From: Raja brachyura
Lineage: Eukaryota
Assembly: GCA_963514005.1 (NCBI GenBank)
Contig: OY740816.1
Span: 15,748,001 to 15,812,000 of the forward strand
Direction of reading: 5' to 3'
Length of the DNA stretch: 64,000 nucleotides
Shown here: one piece after another, positions 63,201 through 64,000 of the stretch
How positions within the stretch are numbered: position 1 is the first letter of the stretch
Layout: every line of letters begins with the position of its first letter
Made by a program: the position numbers and the translations under genes
Notes under the pieces: generated by a model
The model's database searches: none
The model's input: only the letters and a program-made list of their open reading frames with translations
What the model was told of the DNA's origin: nothing

Positions 63201-63413
63201 TTCAGCCACTAGTGATGGGAGGGTTGTGTATAGCGGCAGCAATCGCACTACTCAGTATTAATGATTTCCAGCATCTTGATGTTCGACCAAACGCCTCTCA
63301 GTCAAGGGAGTTAAGAGTGTTACGTCAACCTGAATCTTGGGCATGGTGACGTTGAATAAATTAGCAGCTAATTTAATTTAATGATGAACTTTACATCTAG
63401 CCCCCGACAAACA
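60300..63413 (+). repeat. Block Y copy 2
   Basis: Collinear with 39984-43128; offset ~20.3 kb. Confidence 0.9.
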
Positions 63414-63550
63414 ATTATAGACCTGCTAGTTTGACGTCACTGGTGGGCAAATTAATGGAAAGGATACTTAGAGATAATATATATAATCGTCTGGATAAAC
63501 AGGGTCTGATTAGGAACAGTCAACATGGATTTGTGCCAGAAAGGTCATAT
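63414..63550 (+). mobile_element. CR1-type RT internal fragment
   Basis: NYRPASLTSLVGKLMERILRD.IY..LDKQGLIRNSQHGFV. Confidence 0.8.
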
Positions 63551-64000
63551 TCGTAGCAATGTTACAAAATTTTGAGATTTTAAAAATCAAGTCTGCAATT
63601 TATCCCATCAGGTAAAGCATAACAAGAAGTTTAATTTGACACCTAATTTACTTTCATATCTTCAGTATTAAGAAAGTTATGGCCATTTTCATGCTCGGAA
63701 ATGAGTATCTTGCTTCCCATTGCCTTTCAATTGACTTAACTCAAAAGCTGTGATCTGGAAAAATTAAAAGCCCATAACTTTATTAAAAATTAAGAGAACT
63801 CAATGAAATTTTCAGTCATTATAGATTGAAGCATTCTGAAACAAATATTAAACAATCTTACTTGGATTACCTGAAATTAAAGTATATAATTAGTTAGTTA
63901 TCTAATTGTAGCTAATTACAAAATTCAATGAGTAGATCTAAACATCTATCAATTTCTTAAGAAAAGATAAACTTTTTTTTAATTGCCTAAGTGTCCAAAT
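63551..64000. mobile_element. AT-rich unclassified insertion (probable interspersed repeat), runs off the window
   Basis: Abrupt break of the CR1 frame and a shift to AT-rich sequence; family not determinable here. Confidence 0.4.

Overview
This is eukaryotic (vertebrate) genomic DNA, not prokaryotic. Its repeat complement (Penelope-like elements with GIY-YIG, CR1-type LINEs with (TCTATGTT)n tails, tRNA-headed SINEs, Rex1/Babar) suggests a cartilaginous fish, probably a skate or ray; that assignment is inference. The window is part of a cluster of type II transmembrane C-type lectin (CD209/CLEC4-like) genes, which I reconstructed by hand from GT-AG boundaries and exon phases. Gene A (minus strand) is partial, with only 5' exons at 1512-3735, and runs off the window. 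Gene B (minus strand, 8882-23212) has 10 coding exons and an intact 330-aa ORF, with four 75-nt neck-repeat exons and an atypical QPE/WHD lectin domain. Gene C (plus strand, 43426-47209) has 6 exons and 214 aa, with canonical EPN/WND motifs and a cytoplasmic YADV motif. Between and around B and C, a ~4.8-kb block carrying the 5' coding exon of gene B occurs four times. Each extra copy is directly preceded by a long-TIR, TAG...CTA-ended, probably Academ-type DNA transposon. A further 3.1-kb block upstream of gene C is duplicated ~20.3 kb downstream. Penelope-derived repeats carry minimal hammerhead ribozyme motifs. There is a 140-N assembly gap at 48125-48264. Most entries in the ORF track are spurious or repeat-derived.
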